Source of the DNA: Yuukianura sp. NJ FZ-2021
Taxonomy: Eukaryota
Assembly: GCA_046563655.1 (NCBI GenBank)
Contig: CM102283.1
Span: 6,014,001 to 6,078,000 of the forward strand
Length of the DNA stretch: 64,000 nt
Reading direction: 5' to 3'
The notes beneath the pieces are model-generated. The model saw nothing but the letters and a program-made list of their open reading frames with translations. It searched no databases and was not told the origin of the DNA. Shown piece by piece: positions 14,832 through 30,229 of this stretch. The position numbers and the translations under genes are program-made. Position 1 is the first letter of the stretch. Every line of letters starts with the position of its first letter.

Positions 14832-17800
14832 CTAAGTCGGTTCAAGTCGCATTCTCTTCCAGCACTTCCCAATAGGTGGTTTAGGTGGCAGTGTATTTCG
14901 AATTTCTTGAACATTTTCAACTTCACGCGTCAGAAATTCGAGTTCATCTTCGTAATTTTTTATCCAAAGGAGTTGCTTGTTCCGTGCGTCTCTCAGAGCC
15001 TCTACTTTGTCATCTAATCCAGCACTGTTAAATTCTGCTTCTACTCGACTTATCTTCCGTTCCAAACCTTCGAGTCCTTCGTCATCTGGAAATTCAAAAA
15101 ATTAAAAAGTGTGTATTTGAATTTTTGAAAAAGTTATGTAATGTGAGGTTATTATTTACCTATGTGGTCCAAGTTATTCAGTGTTAGCTGAATCTCCTGT
15201 ATTGCATTGAGAGCATTCTGGACTTTGGCATACGCTTTTTGTGCATTCGTTTGTGCTTCAGAAGCCTTCTCTAGTGCAAGTTTGACTTGAACGTCGTCAT
15301 CTGCTACTAAGCCTTCAGCTTCAGAAAGTTCTGCTGAAAGTGTTGCAACGCGATTTCCAAGGGCGTCAACTTCATCCCGAAGATTTTCAGCAACAGTTTT
15401 CGTTTCGCTACATTCCGTCCGAACGTCTCCGGCGTCCTGAAATCCAAACGATTTTTAAAGATTTGGAAAAAAATCTTTTTTTTTTCGCTTTAAAATTTAT
15501 AAAGTTGTGAAATTTGAATAATGTTTGTCTGGAATACCTTTGATGCTTTCTCGGCAATTTTCTTGGCTTCATCTGCATCAGCTCTGGCTGTTGTTGCCGC
15601 CGTTTTAGAACCGAACAACGCCATTTGATTATTCCGCGTCTGCGTTCTTGCGTCATAAATTAATCGTTCAATTTCAGGCACTTGTTCCATTGCCTTCTTT
15701 GCTTTTTCCTTGCTATCGTCAACATTTTGATTGAAATCTGAAGAAAGAAATTCATTAAAAAAATTCATTTGAAATTTCAGTTGAAACAATTTTCGTTCAG
15801 GATGTTATAATCATCGTACCTTGGAGCGTGTTATAAATTTTTGTAGCTTCTTCGAAAACATTTTCAGCCTGTTTTCGTGCTTCCTCAGCAGATGCATTTG
15901 CATTATGAAGATCCGCCATGAGTTCATCTGCAGCTTGTTGATGTCTTATGGCCGAATCCAGAATTGCTCGTGTTTGATCCATTTCTGCTGGTAACTGGCT
16001 TACTAAATCTCCCTTTTCCTCTGTCAATTGCTCCAAAGACATTTTCAATTTTTCAGCTCCATCTTTAGCCACTCCAGCCTGTTCCTTAATTGCCATCAAG
16101 TCCACCACGGGAACACTGAGAGAGTAAGCGTCTTTGTACAGATTCAAGGCGTCATTATGGGCCTGTTTGGATTTGGCCAAAGCATCTTCTGCCTTGGCTT
16201 TGGTTGATTTCACTTCGTCTTCCAAATGTCGTGTTGACTGCTGCAATTGCCGTCCTTGTTCAAGTAAACTCCTCTCCTGATTGAGCGAGTTGAACAGCAG
16301 CTCATGCGCGGCTTTGGAAGTATTCAATGCAGCGTTGCCAACTTTTTCAATTTCCATTGCAGCTCTATCGTGTTCGTCCGCTAGCTGACGTGCTTGTCTG
16401 GCGTATTCACTCATCTGCTGACTCTGTTGCCCAAATTCACTTGCTTTTTCTTCGGCACGTGATAAGGCGTCTTTTCCTTCGGTGTCCAAGAAACGTTGTG
16501 CATTCTTGAGAGCTTCCTGTGCACGCTCGATGGCCTCCTCAGTCAATGTCAAGTTTTGTGAACTCAAATCTGCGTTGACGGAGCACTGACCCAAGGAATC
16601 ACTGAAACACATTTTTCAAATTACGATCAAAAGTGACAAAAACAAATTCTGAAAAAAATGGAAATTTCTTTGAAAAATATTTGTTTAACTCTTACTTGAT
16701 TTGTTTTGAAGTTTGGTCAAGAGCTTTAATTCTTTCACGCAGATCATTAACCTTTTCCAGAAATCCTTTCTCGTCTCCTCCAGTGGCTGACCGAGCGTTG
16801 TTCCAGAGTTGGTCCACTCGTGCCTGAACTTCTGACAACTTGCTTTCAAAATCTTGATCGTCACTGACAGTTACTGTACTTTTGAGTTTGTCCAGGACTG
16901 TTGTCATTTCGTTCAATTTGCTCCTCTGGAGAGTTACAGCATCTTGGACCAAGTCGTAACACGCAGGACAGTCGACGCAACCAGCATGGCGGTTGTACTT
17001 GTTCTCCTTGCAACGGTCGCACTGACGACCTTCTACGTTTTCACGACACTGGAAATTGGAAAAAAAAGGTGAGCAGAACATGAAAACAGTGTTAAGAGAC
17101 AACAAATTGTAAAATTTTCTCACGGGACACTGTCCATTAGGATCGCACTGCAACGACAAAGAACCGATATCGTCACATTCGCAAGGTTTGCATCCGTCCA
17201 ATGAGAATCCGTAGTAGTTGGGAGCACATTCGTTGCAACTATTTCAAAAAAATCAAAAATTACGTCGAATTTTTGAATAATTCAGTATTTCTAAATGCTT
17301 TTGAATTTCTTACCGAAGACCTACGACTCCTTCACGACAGTGACACTGTCCACTGCCTACGTCGCATGTGTTATTCAAGGAACCAATGAGATCGCAAAAA
17401 CATTCCTGGCAACCAACACCGCTTGCAATATCGAAAAACCCATCCTCGCATTTGTCACATTTTGCACTAAAAGTAAAAAAAAAAGAATTTTTAAAAAAAA
17501 GTTTTCTCCAAAAGATTGTAAAAATTTTAAGAATGGTTAACTATAGACGTACCCTTCCACATGAGTCTTGCAAGGACACATTCCAGTGGGCTGTTCGCAA
17601 ATGAACTTGTTCCCTTCAGTGGGTACAGTTCCGTAGCCATTGCATTCACAAGGCTTGCAGTCTCCTTTTGGTTCCTTTAAGGCATCTCCAAAATACCCAG
17701 GAAGACATTGCTCACACCTAGATTTGAAACAAAAATTTAAAATTTTTGAAAAACTGTTTCAAAAATGCTTTCAACTTGCCTTGGTCCGCCAGTGTTGTAG

Positions 17801-20800
17801 ATACACTTGAGACATTCTCCGGTCGTTCTGTTGCAGTTTCCAACGGCATTCGTGTCAATGTTTCTGTTGCAGTCACAGGCAGTACAATTCGTACTTTCAA
17901 TGCCCGGTCCACCCATGGGATTTCCAAAGAACCCGTCTCCACAGAACTGGCATGTGGGTCCAGCATATCCAAGGGGACACTCGAGACAAACCACGGTTTG
18001 ATCAGCCAATTGAATACAAGCACCAACTTCATCTCCAATCAGTGGACATGGACACTGTTTGCAAGGAATTTCGTCTTTATCTTCCATCATCACGGCAGTC
18101 TCGTCTGGTTTGACTCCCTTCTGTGGATTCCCGAAGTATCCACGAGCACACCTATGCAAATTCCGCTTTTAAGTAAGTAATTTTACTAATTTAATTAGCA
18201 ATTTACTTAACTTAACTAATTAACGTTTGAATAATTTCAGTTTCACTAACTTTTCGCAGTTGTCTCCAGCAGTCTTCGTCCTTTCTTCGCAAATACACTG
18301 ACCAGACTCCGGGTCACACATTTGCGCATGTCCGTTACAAAAGCAAGGAACGCAACGAGCAAAAGGTCCACCGTTGCTCGGTTCATGCTTGAATCCTGGA
18401 GCACAAGATTCGCCTAAAAATTAAAAATCAAATCAGTATTGAAGTGCTGGATAAATACAAATTCTGAAATAAATTTGAAAAATTTACGTACAAAATTGAC
18501 CAACGTATCCCTCCTGACACTGACAAGTTTCAATCCACAGTGCTTGTGGACCAGAAGCTCCACGTCGAACTGTTTTCAGTTTGACTTTATCCAGAATTCC
18601 AGAACCACGCGGAGTATAAGTTGCTCTGATTTTAATTGCAGTTACTTTGGACAAAAGACTCATGAAATCCCGTGTGGTGATACTTGGATTCCAACCGAAT
18701 TCTTGCTTTTCGTGCAACCGAAATGAAAATTCTTGTTCTTGTGTAGATGGTAAAGAGTTTCGATTTCCGAAAATCGGTTGTGAAATTCGGAGTCCAGCAC
18801 CTTCTAAAATAATATCCTCAGCAGAAGGTTTTGGTCCATGTTCTCCAATTCGTAAAGTAAAATTCAACTGCTGATTGTAACTTCCTCTGTGATCTCCCAA
18901 GAATCGGTCTAATTTGAAATTACTCATTGATTAATTTTCAAAATTTTAAGAAAAATTCAAAATGCGGTGGCGTTTTTTGATAGTCTTGTCATACCTGGGG
19001 CGACGAAGTAGACAGAATCTCTACCGGTGGCGGTGACGCTGACACTTTGTGTGAAAGTGTTGAATTGCAGAGGAACTGTTCTGCCTAAACTTTCTTCTGC
19101 ACGCCAAAGTTCGCTTCCTTGGGCAAAATCGCTTTCCAAAATCACTGCGAAAACGAAAACAGTTATAAATTTTAGTTAAAACGTGTGTGTTAATTAAAAA
19201 TTTTTACCTTGGGCGTAGCCGGGAGATGAATGACAAACGGCCGAGTGACCATAACAAAAACACGGGGTGCATCCGAATTCATTTGCGCTGTCCAAATTGA
19301 AGAAATTCGGCTTACAAGACGTGCATCTGAAAATTTAATTAATGGCACATTTTTACTAAAATCACCAAACTGACTTCACTTTTTGAATTTTAGTTTTGGT
19401 ATTTGTAATTTATATTTTTAGTGCATACTTTTTTCCTTCAACATTTTCTTTGCATGTACAGTCTCCTGTGTCCAGGGTGCAGCTTGGTTGGTTCCCTAGA
19501 CTTCCTGCAATGTTGCACCCACATTCCTTGCAACCAGCCTTGCTGAATTCGTAGTGATTTGCTTGACACTGATCACATTTTTCTCCAATGACCCCTGGCT
19601 GACATTGACCTGTAGAAAAATCAAGTTCATTATCAACACAACTAAAAAACTAAATAACATGAACGAAAACGTAAAATAACTTTGTGTCACTCACATCTTC
19701 CTTCACTGTTGCACTGCTGAGTTCTGGATCCTGCAGAACAGCGTTTTGGTCAAAACAGAATTTTTTTTTTCTAATCATGTAGAATTTACCTAAGGGATCA
19801 CAGTCACATGGAATGCAGTAGCCGTCTAAACGCTGATAGTAGTGCGGTTTACACTTTTCACAGTTAGCGCCATCTCGGTTGCCGACACAGTCGAGGCAAT
19901 GGCCACCGTGTCCCGTCGCTTCATACAATGCTTGGTCGAAAAAGCATCGATTTGAAAACCCGTTGCAGTTGCAGGCTAAAAAGAAGAAAAAAGATATTAT
20001 AAAAAACAATTGGAAATTTTAAAAATGTATTAGGAAAACAAATGCATAACAAATTTAAAATTTTGAACCTTTGCATTCGTTAGCATTTGTAGTTGTTGCA
20101 CGACCCCACGGTGCGTCACGGTAATAAGGCATACATTGCTCACAATCCTTAATTTTTATTTCAAAATCAACATTTTTCAGCAAAACCAGTAATTTTAAGT
20201 CTTTGGTAAAAACAAGAAACACTTACTCTTCCAGCGGTGTTGTGTTCACAAACGCAAGATAATAGCCACTCTCCGTTTTCGACACGGTCGTAGTCGCACC
20301 TTGACGCATGCCCATTACACTTGCATCTAAACATTGACCAAAAGCAGCACATCATAACGTTACAGCAAAATTCCATTATAATCATTGACTAAATCTTAAA
20401 ATTTTTGAATTTTTGAGTCATAAAGCTTACACTCCTCCCACAGACAAATCCGCAATTGCATAAAAGTACGACCTTAGCACTTTTTCATCCCCAAACACTT
20501 CGTCTCCAAATGTATTGAGTCGATCTAATGTAATCCGAATGTCAGTAGCTGTGACCCACTCCGAAAGTTCTTTTGAATTTTCAAAATTTCGAAACGCCGA
20601 TGGTCTTCCCTCCAAAGTCGAGAATGCTACATTTCCTCCGGTCAAAGGAGAAATGTCAGAGAATTCGGCAGTGCAAAGTGGTCTCGTTTCATCTCCACCG
20701 TGAACAAAACCTTGATCCGGAAGACTGTAGAAGTCTCTGCAGGCAGCACTGTAGAATTGATATGGAATCCACGGTCCATCTTCAGTCACTCGTTTGTAGA

Positions 20801-21707
20801 TTCCGAAACTTTCTGGACGGGGAGAATGGAACTTGAGTCGAATGTAGGTTATGTCAAAAGCCTTGTGCAGTTTCAAAGTTAAGTTGACTTGCTGAATTCC
20901 TTCAAAAAGAGTTTCGGATTGCCACCAAGTTTCGTTGTCTGATGTTGTCACATCTGTCAGCGCAGACGCTCCATGCGCAAGTCTTGGAACCCGGGCATCA
21001 CAAATTTCGCATGCTCGCTTAAGTCCAAGTGATCCTGTTTGGATGCAATACTCAACTGGACCTCGCATACCACAAGTACTCGTCACTTCAACTTCTTTGC
21101 CGTAAGCGGCGTTCTGGAACTCTGGAACGCATTTCTGGAAACAGAAGAAAAAAAGAAAGTTGCAAGTTTGAAATTGAGTGTTAATTTCAGAAAAAACAAA
21201 AGTTTAAAAAAATTGAAGTTGTTTGAAGAAAAACTTTGACACTGGAGGTGTTGTCGATTCTAAATAGGTTTTAGGTCAACATAGAGTCATGCATTGGCAT
21301 AAATCAAAATGAAAATGTTGTTGTGTCTGTAATTTTACAAAGCTTCAAGCATCATGCTTGGTTTACTAAGGAATTTTCGGATCAGCCATATCAAAGATTG
21401 TCGTGATTTTTTGTTTCAAAATTTGTGCTTAAAAACGTAATGAAAATATTAATCTTCTCTCTCCAGTTTTTTTAAAAGAAAAATTTGAAAAAAGAAATGC
21501 TTGGGAAATATTCACCCTCGGATGTCCGTTTTCGTCGTAGCAGTTGTTTCCAAACTGCTGGATATGAATGCTAGTACTACTACTATCAATAGTCTCTGAC
21601 TCCGGAACTCTTTGTGACTCCACCAATGTTCCACTTAGCACCAACACCAATACGTATACTACAAAGTATTTCGCACAACAACGGAACCTGCTCAGAGTCT
21701 GTTCCAT
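14832..21707 (-). CDS. LAMC1: Laminin subunit gamma-1 (LanB2-like), multi-exon
   Basis: Signal peptide (exon 21707-21516), LN domain ([27 protein letters not shown]), LE repeats, L4 domain ([18 protein letters not shown]), nidogen-binding [10 protein letters not shown], coiled coil, C-terminus [10 protein letters not shown] with the Glu third from the end. Confidence 0.97.
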
Positions 21708-22491
21708 TGTCACTTGGTCACTCCCGCCGAAAAGCACTAGGAGACAATGCCCACCCTCAGCAACACATAACTACTGGCAGTCCAACAGCGTGACCTGTCA
21801 CCCGATTGACCTTTGGAAACGTTTCTTTGACACCTCTTACAAAGTGGAGCAGACGAGAAGAGCTATGGCCTAAAGTCCAGAGACTCAATGAAGTCAAGTT
21901 ATCTCTGCGTCTCTTTCTTCTTACTACTCTTGATTCTCCATGTCTTCATCCCATGTCGTTTCCGTTGAAGGAGATAAGCTTTTAGTGGTGGTGCTGGAAC
22001 AAATAGAAGTTGGCTGTCACTGGACGACACTGTTGGCCTCCGGTGCGAATGTATGGATGATCTCAGGACCTCAGAATCCTCCTTATCTCGACTGGTCCAA
22101 ACTAAGACTGAAGACTGAAGAATGAGCAGGGAAGATCATCTTAAGAGCAGCTCAACTTTGTTTTCTTTCGGTATCCAAGAGGGTGGGAGAAAGAGGCCAA
22201 CCAGCTTCAATTCAAATGCCTCTGCAACATTCAACAATATCTGTAGGCATTTCCTTTTAAATGAGCAAGAAAAAAAGTATAGGGAAGATGGGCGGGGGTA
22301 CTTGGTCGAGATTTGGAGCCGATGCAAGATGTAAAACAGACCCTGCATCTTCCTTCTGAATTCTGCTCAAAAAGTGTTCAAGGCCAAGTTCTCTTTTGAA
22401 TGCTGAAAGAACAAAAGAGAGACATTCTGGGCGTGGACATGTCCGAAAATCTCGTGGCGAAACAGAGTCAAAAATCGGAGGATACTGGAAG

Positions 22492-22498
22492 AGACTGA
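22492..22498 (-). promoter_or_regulatory. Putative arthropod initiator (TCAGTCT), candidate laminin gamma transcription start
   Basis: Matches Inr TCAGTY where AT-rich UCHL5 3' sequence (ATTAAA ~22560) gives way to less AT-rich leader-like sequence. Confidence 0.4.
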
Positions 22499-22605
22499 AT
22501 TTGCAAAATGATTAAGCTAACAATTGCAAATTGAGGATTTGGCATAAAATCATGGAATTTTTTAATGTACCAGGAAATGTCGGTAGATTAGAGATGTGGT
22601 AAGTT

Positions 22606-24040
22606 TTACTTTAGTTTTCGTGACTTTGGCGGCTTCTGCATCTGCTTTTGCTTCTCTTTGGCTGTTTCGTACAATGGGAGAAGCTGCTTCTTGTCTGCAA
22701 GTTCTTTGAGAAACTGGACAATGAGAGGAAGGTAATTGTGCTTCCGACGGATATTCTCCAAGCGATATCGCTCCCGTTTCATTGACTCTTCTTCGATGAG
22801 TCGTTCAATATCGGCAATGACGACAGAAGACGCTGTACCCGAAGCTTTCAAGTCCGCCAAACGCTCTTCATATTCCGCTTTCTTGTCGGAGACAATAGCT
22901 AGCAAGTTGAAATGAATTTCGCCTTCCCCATACCTGTACGGAAAATTAAAAAAAATCCTAGCTGAATGGGAAAGTATCATGAATTTAAAAGCAAGAATTT
23001 ATTGTTTACTTGGAAATTCGGTCTCGTAAAATTGATCCCGCCATGTCTGTCCATGATTTCCCAGAAGGAATTGCTCCCAAATCCAAAGGCCCCTCTTTTA
23101 AACCATCAAGTTCGTAAAGTCGTCCGTCGATTGGAACGTAACTTACGAAATGAAAGACATCTTCTTCCTTTTCAGCCGTTTTCTGCTCAAATTCGAAAAC
23201 GGTTTGACGAGCAAAGGAGTTATGAACAGATCGAATCGTGTCAGAGTTCGAGAGAGCTAACCCCTTCATCGTTGGATCGAACTGTACACATAAATCACCA
23301 TTCAGATTTCAAATCTTTAATCGTTTCATTTTCATTACATTCGATGCGGTAATTAGCTTACGGTTCTCGTGAATTCCTTGAAATCACCGAGGACTTCTCC
23401 AAGTTCCAATTTAGAATGTGAGCAATTCAAAAGGACAGACACTAATGCCTAAGTACACGAACACGAAGTATTACTACATAAAACAACTTCAAAATGGTAA
23501 ACGATGCTAAACCGATTCGGGTGTGAGAAATCATATGTTACCTGTGTCGCACATGCGTTTTGAATGACTTGCCGGGCGAAGAAAATTTTGTCCAAGCGGT
23601 CATCTTGAACAATACTGCCAACACCATTGTCAACTGATTGCGGCCCAACCCATTTGAAGAGGAATATCAATCCATGTATAGGTCTGGAATTTAGACAAAT
23701 CATTATACCAACCGAAAATTCATAATTTGATAGGCTTCTTAGTTCTTGACATCAGTTATCATAGCTTACATACGCAAGTCTCTCGAAGCTCTCCGGCTCA
23801 AGACTCCACAGTTCCTCGACTTGAAGGCCCTTCACTCCTGTATTCAAATCGTATTGTTAGTTACAATTCCTTTAATTTAGTGACAAACACGACAAGTATT
23901 CTGCATTAGTAAAACGCTTTCGTTTTAGTGTAACTTGCCAATTCGTAATGTGTCTAATTCATACCAAAATCTCGGATGAGCTCCGTGAAGACCCCTGGGT
24001 CACTCTCAATCAAACACCAAGTTCCAGTATCGTCACTCAT
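22606..24040 (-). CDS. UCHL5: Ubiquitin C-terminal hydrolase L5 (Uch37), ~6 exons
   Basis: MSDDTGTWCLIESDPGVFTELIRDFG; catalytic motifs QVIQNACATQ, FHFVSY, YELDGL; ULD tail ENIRRKHNYLPLI. Confidence 0.96.
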
Positions 24041-24922
24041 TGTCTCGGTTGGTTCTAGAAAGTACAAAGATCCACAATTAGTTAACAGTATTAGGTGTCA
24101 ATCGCTAATTACACAACGATTATTTTTCACCTTATCTAATTTATTTTAGAAAACAAAAACAAATGTTTATTTCTGAACTCAATTTTTGAATTTTCGATTT
24201 GGCGCTCGCATGCTCATTGGTCCTCCTATACTCACTCTCTGACTTGCAATTTTTGCAAAACTTTTGATAGCGTTATCACGCCGCCCGACCTTTGACCTTG
24301 GTTGTTCCCAAAGTAGTCTGGAGGTCAATGACCTCCTTTAATAAGTCAACGTCTAGTCTAAAACGTATTTCATTACAAGGAAAAGCTGGACATCATCACT
24401 TTGAACTGTGAAGTTAAAAGTTCGGATCGGACAAACAAACAGACCGAAATTTTCGAATCAAACATTAAAAAATTGTAAATTAAAAATCACTTCAATTTAT
24501 ATTGAAATTACAATTGCTACTTGATAACTGAAAGGTGTTAAAAAGTGACAAAAAGATGCTTGTTGAGGTGACATTGAGGGTTCTTGGTTTTATTGTTGGC
24601 TAAATTTTTTTTTTGCAACTTCTACTTTTAGGTTGGGTGTTGAAAGCAAATGTTCGTGTGAAAAGAAGATCTCCTCAAGTGACTGTTTTTTTTGCAAAAT
24701 GTAAGGTACTGTGGGTAAGATAGGAAGATTTTGCGAATGCGATTAGTGCAAAAAATCCTAAGGTATTTTGCTGCTTGTCAGTGTGAGGGAGGAAAGATTT
24801 TATTTATTTTGTGGGTGGGTGTGGAGCTTAAACAGGATTACGCGTTGGTACTCAAACATTAGTCATCTACTAACCTCTATCTTGCACTCACTCCGCCAAA
24901 GTGGATAGTAATCGACAAATAA

Positions 24923-26780
<1,858 letters not shown>

Positions 26781-27134
26781 CCTGCCGTAACCTTTGACCT
26801 GTCCTGACTTTTTCTGCTCTGTATTTGGAACTTGTGACTTGTCTTCCATGAAAACTCAAGAGACTCCCAGTGCCTTCCTGGATACAGCAAAGCAGCTTGT
26901 GTTAAGGTTTTATTACTATTTGAAACCCATTTTATTGGTCCATTTGTGACAAAGGCGTCAGTAGCCTTTGTTTGTGGAAGTAAACTTTTAAAAACTTTTT
27001 AAAAAAAAAGTTAACTTTTTAAAAAAGAAATAAACTCCGAACACAATTTATGACTATGAGTCATTTAATTTTGTGGAAAAATAACGTGTAACATAGTCTT
27101 AAGTCAAACGGATTCATCTAATGAACAATGCCTC

Positions 27135-27290
27135 AAATCTCAGTCACATGACATTTGACCTTTTGAGACGTTGGCCATTGATCCTGGGAATCGCATCAGC
27201 GACGCTGATTCAGCATCAACGAAGCCTTACCTTGCATTAGGGTTTGTTTTAAGTTTGTATTAAGGTTTTATGATTTAAAAACGATTTATA
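27135..27290 (+). pseudogene. Decayed fragment of the JNK 3' end (related copies ~30078-30150, ~32815-32940, ~35950-35980)
   Basis: CTCAGTCACATGACATTTGACC...TTGATCCTGGGAATCGCATCAGCG resembles JNK exon 8 (CACATGGCACGTGACC...TTGACCCCGGGAATCGCATCAGCG); followed by TTGTATTAAGGTTTTAT like the JNK 3' UTR at ~26900. Confidence 0.7.
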
Positions 27291-27386
27291 TTTTATCCAG
27301 AAGTGACACAAGGTGTAGGCAGTATAAACACAGCTCGAGTCAGAAGTCTTTCAAAGTAAAACTTAACTTAGACAATCTTGAAAGAC

Positions 27387-27591
27387 TTATTTTTCGTCTT
27401 TGCAGAACCTGCGCATGACGGCCTTGTAGAGTTTAGTAAAAGCGTAGACGCTGATGCTCAGAATCATGACGAGCACAATGGCGAAGACAGTTGACATCAG
27501 AGATCCGTCAACAGTTCCTTTACTGCAGCCTCCTCGCTCTCCCTCGAAGTCATCCACGAGATTCCGAAGTGTCTCCGGCTCTTCGTACACA
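27387..27591 (-). pseudogene. Orphaned last exon of the small tail-anchored protein gene (paralog of 33036-33240)
   Basis: Near-identical to 33036-33240, but the upstream exon-2 homolog is truncated and has lost its donor. Confidence 0.65.
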
Positions 27592-27631
27592 CTTGAAAAA
27601 CATTTTTTGAAAAGTTTTTGAAAATTGAAAA

Positions 27632-29153
27632 CTAAGCAGTACCCATCAGCTTTTCGGCACCACCGCCTGAGTGGAAGTCAAGAAAAGTTTTTTAGAAAGA
27701 GATATTGTTGTTTAAAAAATAATTGCGAAAAGACTGGATTTGAAAAATTCCGGAGCCTTACGATAGTTTTGTTAATTAAAACTTGGTGGATAGAACTTAC
27801 CCCCGTTGTATCCAAAGTAGTTTGGATAGCTGAGTGAGTAGAGGGCGTAGAGTAGCGTCTGCGTCGACTGTGGATCTGGAAAAATGATACTGTAGTACTG
27901 CAAGAACAATTTGTCCCGAAGTTCCGCGTTTGCGAAGTCGCGAAGCCGCTGATAGCCGTGGTAAAATAGCAAAACGTTGTTTCGTCTTTGCCCGTAGACA
28001 CATTTGTACTTTGCAAACTTCCCAACTGTCAGCGTTCTATTTGCCACTTCACCCTCAATCGCATCGTGTAAAGAACGAAATTGAAGGTCAGCGATAGCCT
28101 GGAAATGGGCAATTTTGACTTTCTCAAGCGAGGAGCGATGGCTGAAGTCCTTCATAGCCTTTAGAAATGCTGAGAGTTCTACTTCGAGTTTGAGACGCCA
28201 TGCCTCAACAGCACGCTCGATAGCTTCCCACCTTTGTTCCGTTTCGTTCCTCTTAGGATCCTCAATCGTTCGTTCTGAAAATAAAATTAAAAATTATTTT
28301 GAAATATTAGGCAAATTTGGCTTTCAAAAGCAGCAAGTTTACGATACCAACCAATTAAGGAGTTTGGATATTCAAGTGCGTAGAGGTGATATAGCAGTGC
28401 CTGCGTCGACTCTGGATCTTGAACAATGATGCTATAATAGTGGAAGAATAGTTTGTTCCGGAGTTCTGTGTCTGCGCAATGGTTCAACCAGTCGGCTATG
28501 TACGCTTGCAAATTGTGACGGTTGCGCTCGTATTCGAATTTGTACTCTGCAAATTTCCAAATTGTCAGCGTTCTGTTGAAGACTTCCTCCCTAACTTTCG
28601 TGATCACTGCACTTCCATCACGAATTGAGGTGTATATGACATGATGTAAATTTTTAATTTGCATTGGATCAAGGTGAGGCAAGTGACGAGTACCGAAGTC
28701 CTCTCCAAGAAAGATTTGAAACGTTCTGAGTTCCGCTTTCATTTTGAGACACCATGTCGTTGCAGCACTCCCGACAACGTACCATGTTTCTGCATTTTCA
28801 AGCCTCGTAGCGTCGTCGACCGTTATTCCTGAAAACAAACTTCAAAATTATAATTTGAGAAAAAAAGTTTACATAGGAACGCATACCAAATGTCAGACAG
28901 ACGGACTGAATGACAAGTCCATTTCATATACTAGCTTTCGCTTACTTAAATCAAACCTAAGTCTTAAGTCGAATTTAGTTAAGGAAAGTTTATTTTTTTA
29001 AGGTACTAGTAGTAGTTTTCCCTTTGCTTTTTTTAAAACAAAATTTCGCAATTTTCTCCGTGAATTTGATTTTGTATATTCATTTACTCTACCTTTAGCG
29101 CATGTGAAAGAAAGAAAACAAAATGTGATAAAAATGTTGAGTTTAGTACACAT
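27632..29153 (-). CDS. Unrecognised secreted two-repeat protein, copy 1 (~348 aa); exons 29153-29093, 28828-28352, 28274-27801, 27666-27632
   Basis: Signal-peptide exon MCTKLNIFITFCFLSFTCAK, then two phase-1 exons (477 and 474 nt) each with a homologous domain (W..K....EL...NRTLT..KFA.YK...A..ELR.KLF..YYSII..DP.STQ.LLY.LY.L.YPN). Confidence 0.75.
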
Positions 29154-29904
29154 GGTTAATGTAATACACTTGTTTTAAACTGTTTGTTTTAGAGAAAAAA
29201 ATCGGAAATGATTTTTGGAAACAATTTCCATCCGGTTTTATAACACTTTTCAACCCGAAATTTTGAAGGGGAGAATTATTTTTATTCAGGGTCACAAAAG
29301 GTCAAACTTCAAATTCGGAAATAGGCTGAAAATATCTCCTTTACAATTAAAAAAAATTAATCCGGAAGAAGAGTCGTGAGCAAAGGCTTCCAAAAAAACT
29401 TATTTCTCTAAAGCATTTTAAGTCCTTGCTACTTCACATAATCCATCTTCGAGCTGAAGGTGTGAATTTAAAAAGAAAAACTAACCTAAATTTCAAAGAA
29501 TTCTAAAACTCTTTCAATCTTTTCTTTTAAGTTCCTCGAAAACTTATTTATTTTTCAAAATATTTTTTTAGCCCGTTTTTGAAAACCTCCTTTGTTGTTT
29601 TTGGCTAGACCATTGAGTATTAAGAAAAGTTTCTTCCTGAAATCTTAAAAGCCGTTTTTAACGTTGCGGAACCCAAATGAGGCAAAGTTCAATAAGATTT
29701 TCTTTTCAAAATTTTTTAGTTGTTTTGCAAATTTTGAACATACAAAAAGTAAATGAGAAAAACATTTGCAAAAAATAAAAAGATTCTTCAAACAATTTCG
29801 GAAATTGAACAAATGTAAAATTTAAGTAACTAAATGACAGGTCACCCAACCTTTGGGATCCAAAATTCTTTGGTTGATTAATGCCAAATTTTACGGATCC
29901 ATGC

Positions 29905-30045
29905 CATTTCGCCGAATCATTTACTACGAAGCGCATTTCGACGAATGAATTTCGTCGAAACGAATTACTATGAAAGTCGATTTACTACGCAAGCTACTTT
30001 ACTTCGAAATCGAACTACACCGAAACAAATTACTACGAAAGTCGC
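29905..30045. repeat. Degenerate ~15-16 bp minisatellite (core TTACTACGAA/TTTCGNCGAA)
   Basis: About nine degenerate units; absent at the homologous positions of other duplication copies (~27100, ~32780). Confidence 0.6.
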
Positions 30046-30229
30046 TGAGCGGTTAACCATAGCGGTTAGCGCCGTAGTGATTCAGCGTCGACGATTCATT
30101 ACATTGCATCTAATAAGTTTGTATTAAGGTTTTATTATTCGGAAACGGTTTGTATTTGATCCAGAAGTGACACGAGGGGTGGGCAGTACAAACACCGCTC
30201 GCGCCATAGTCTTTCAGATTACACTTGTT

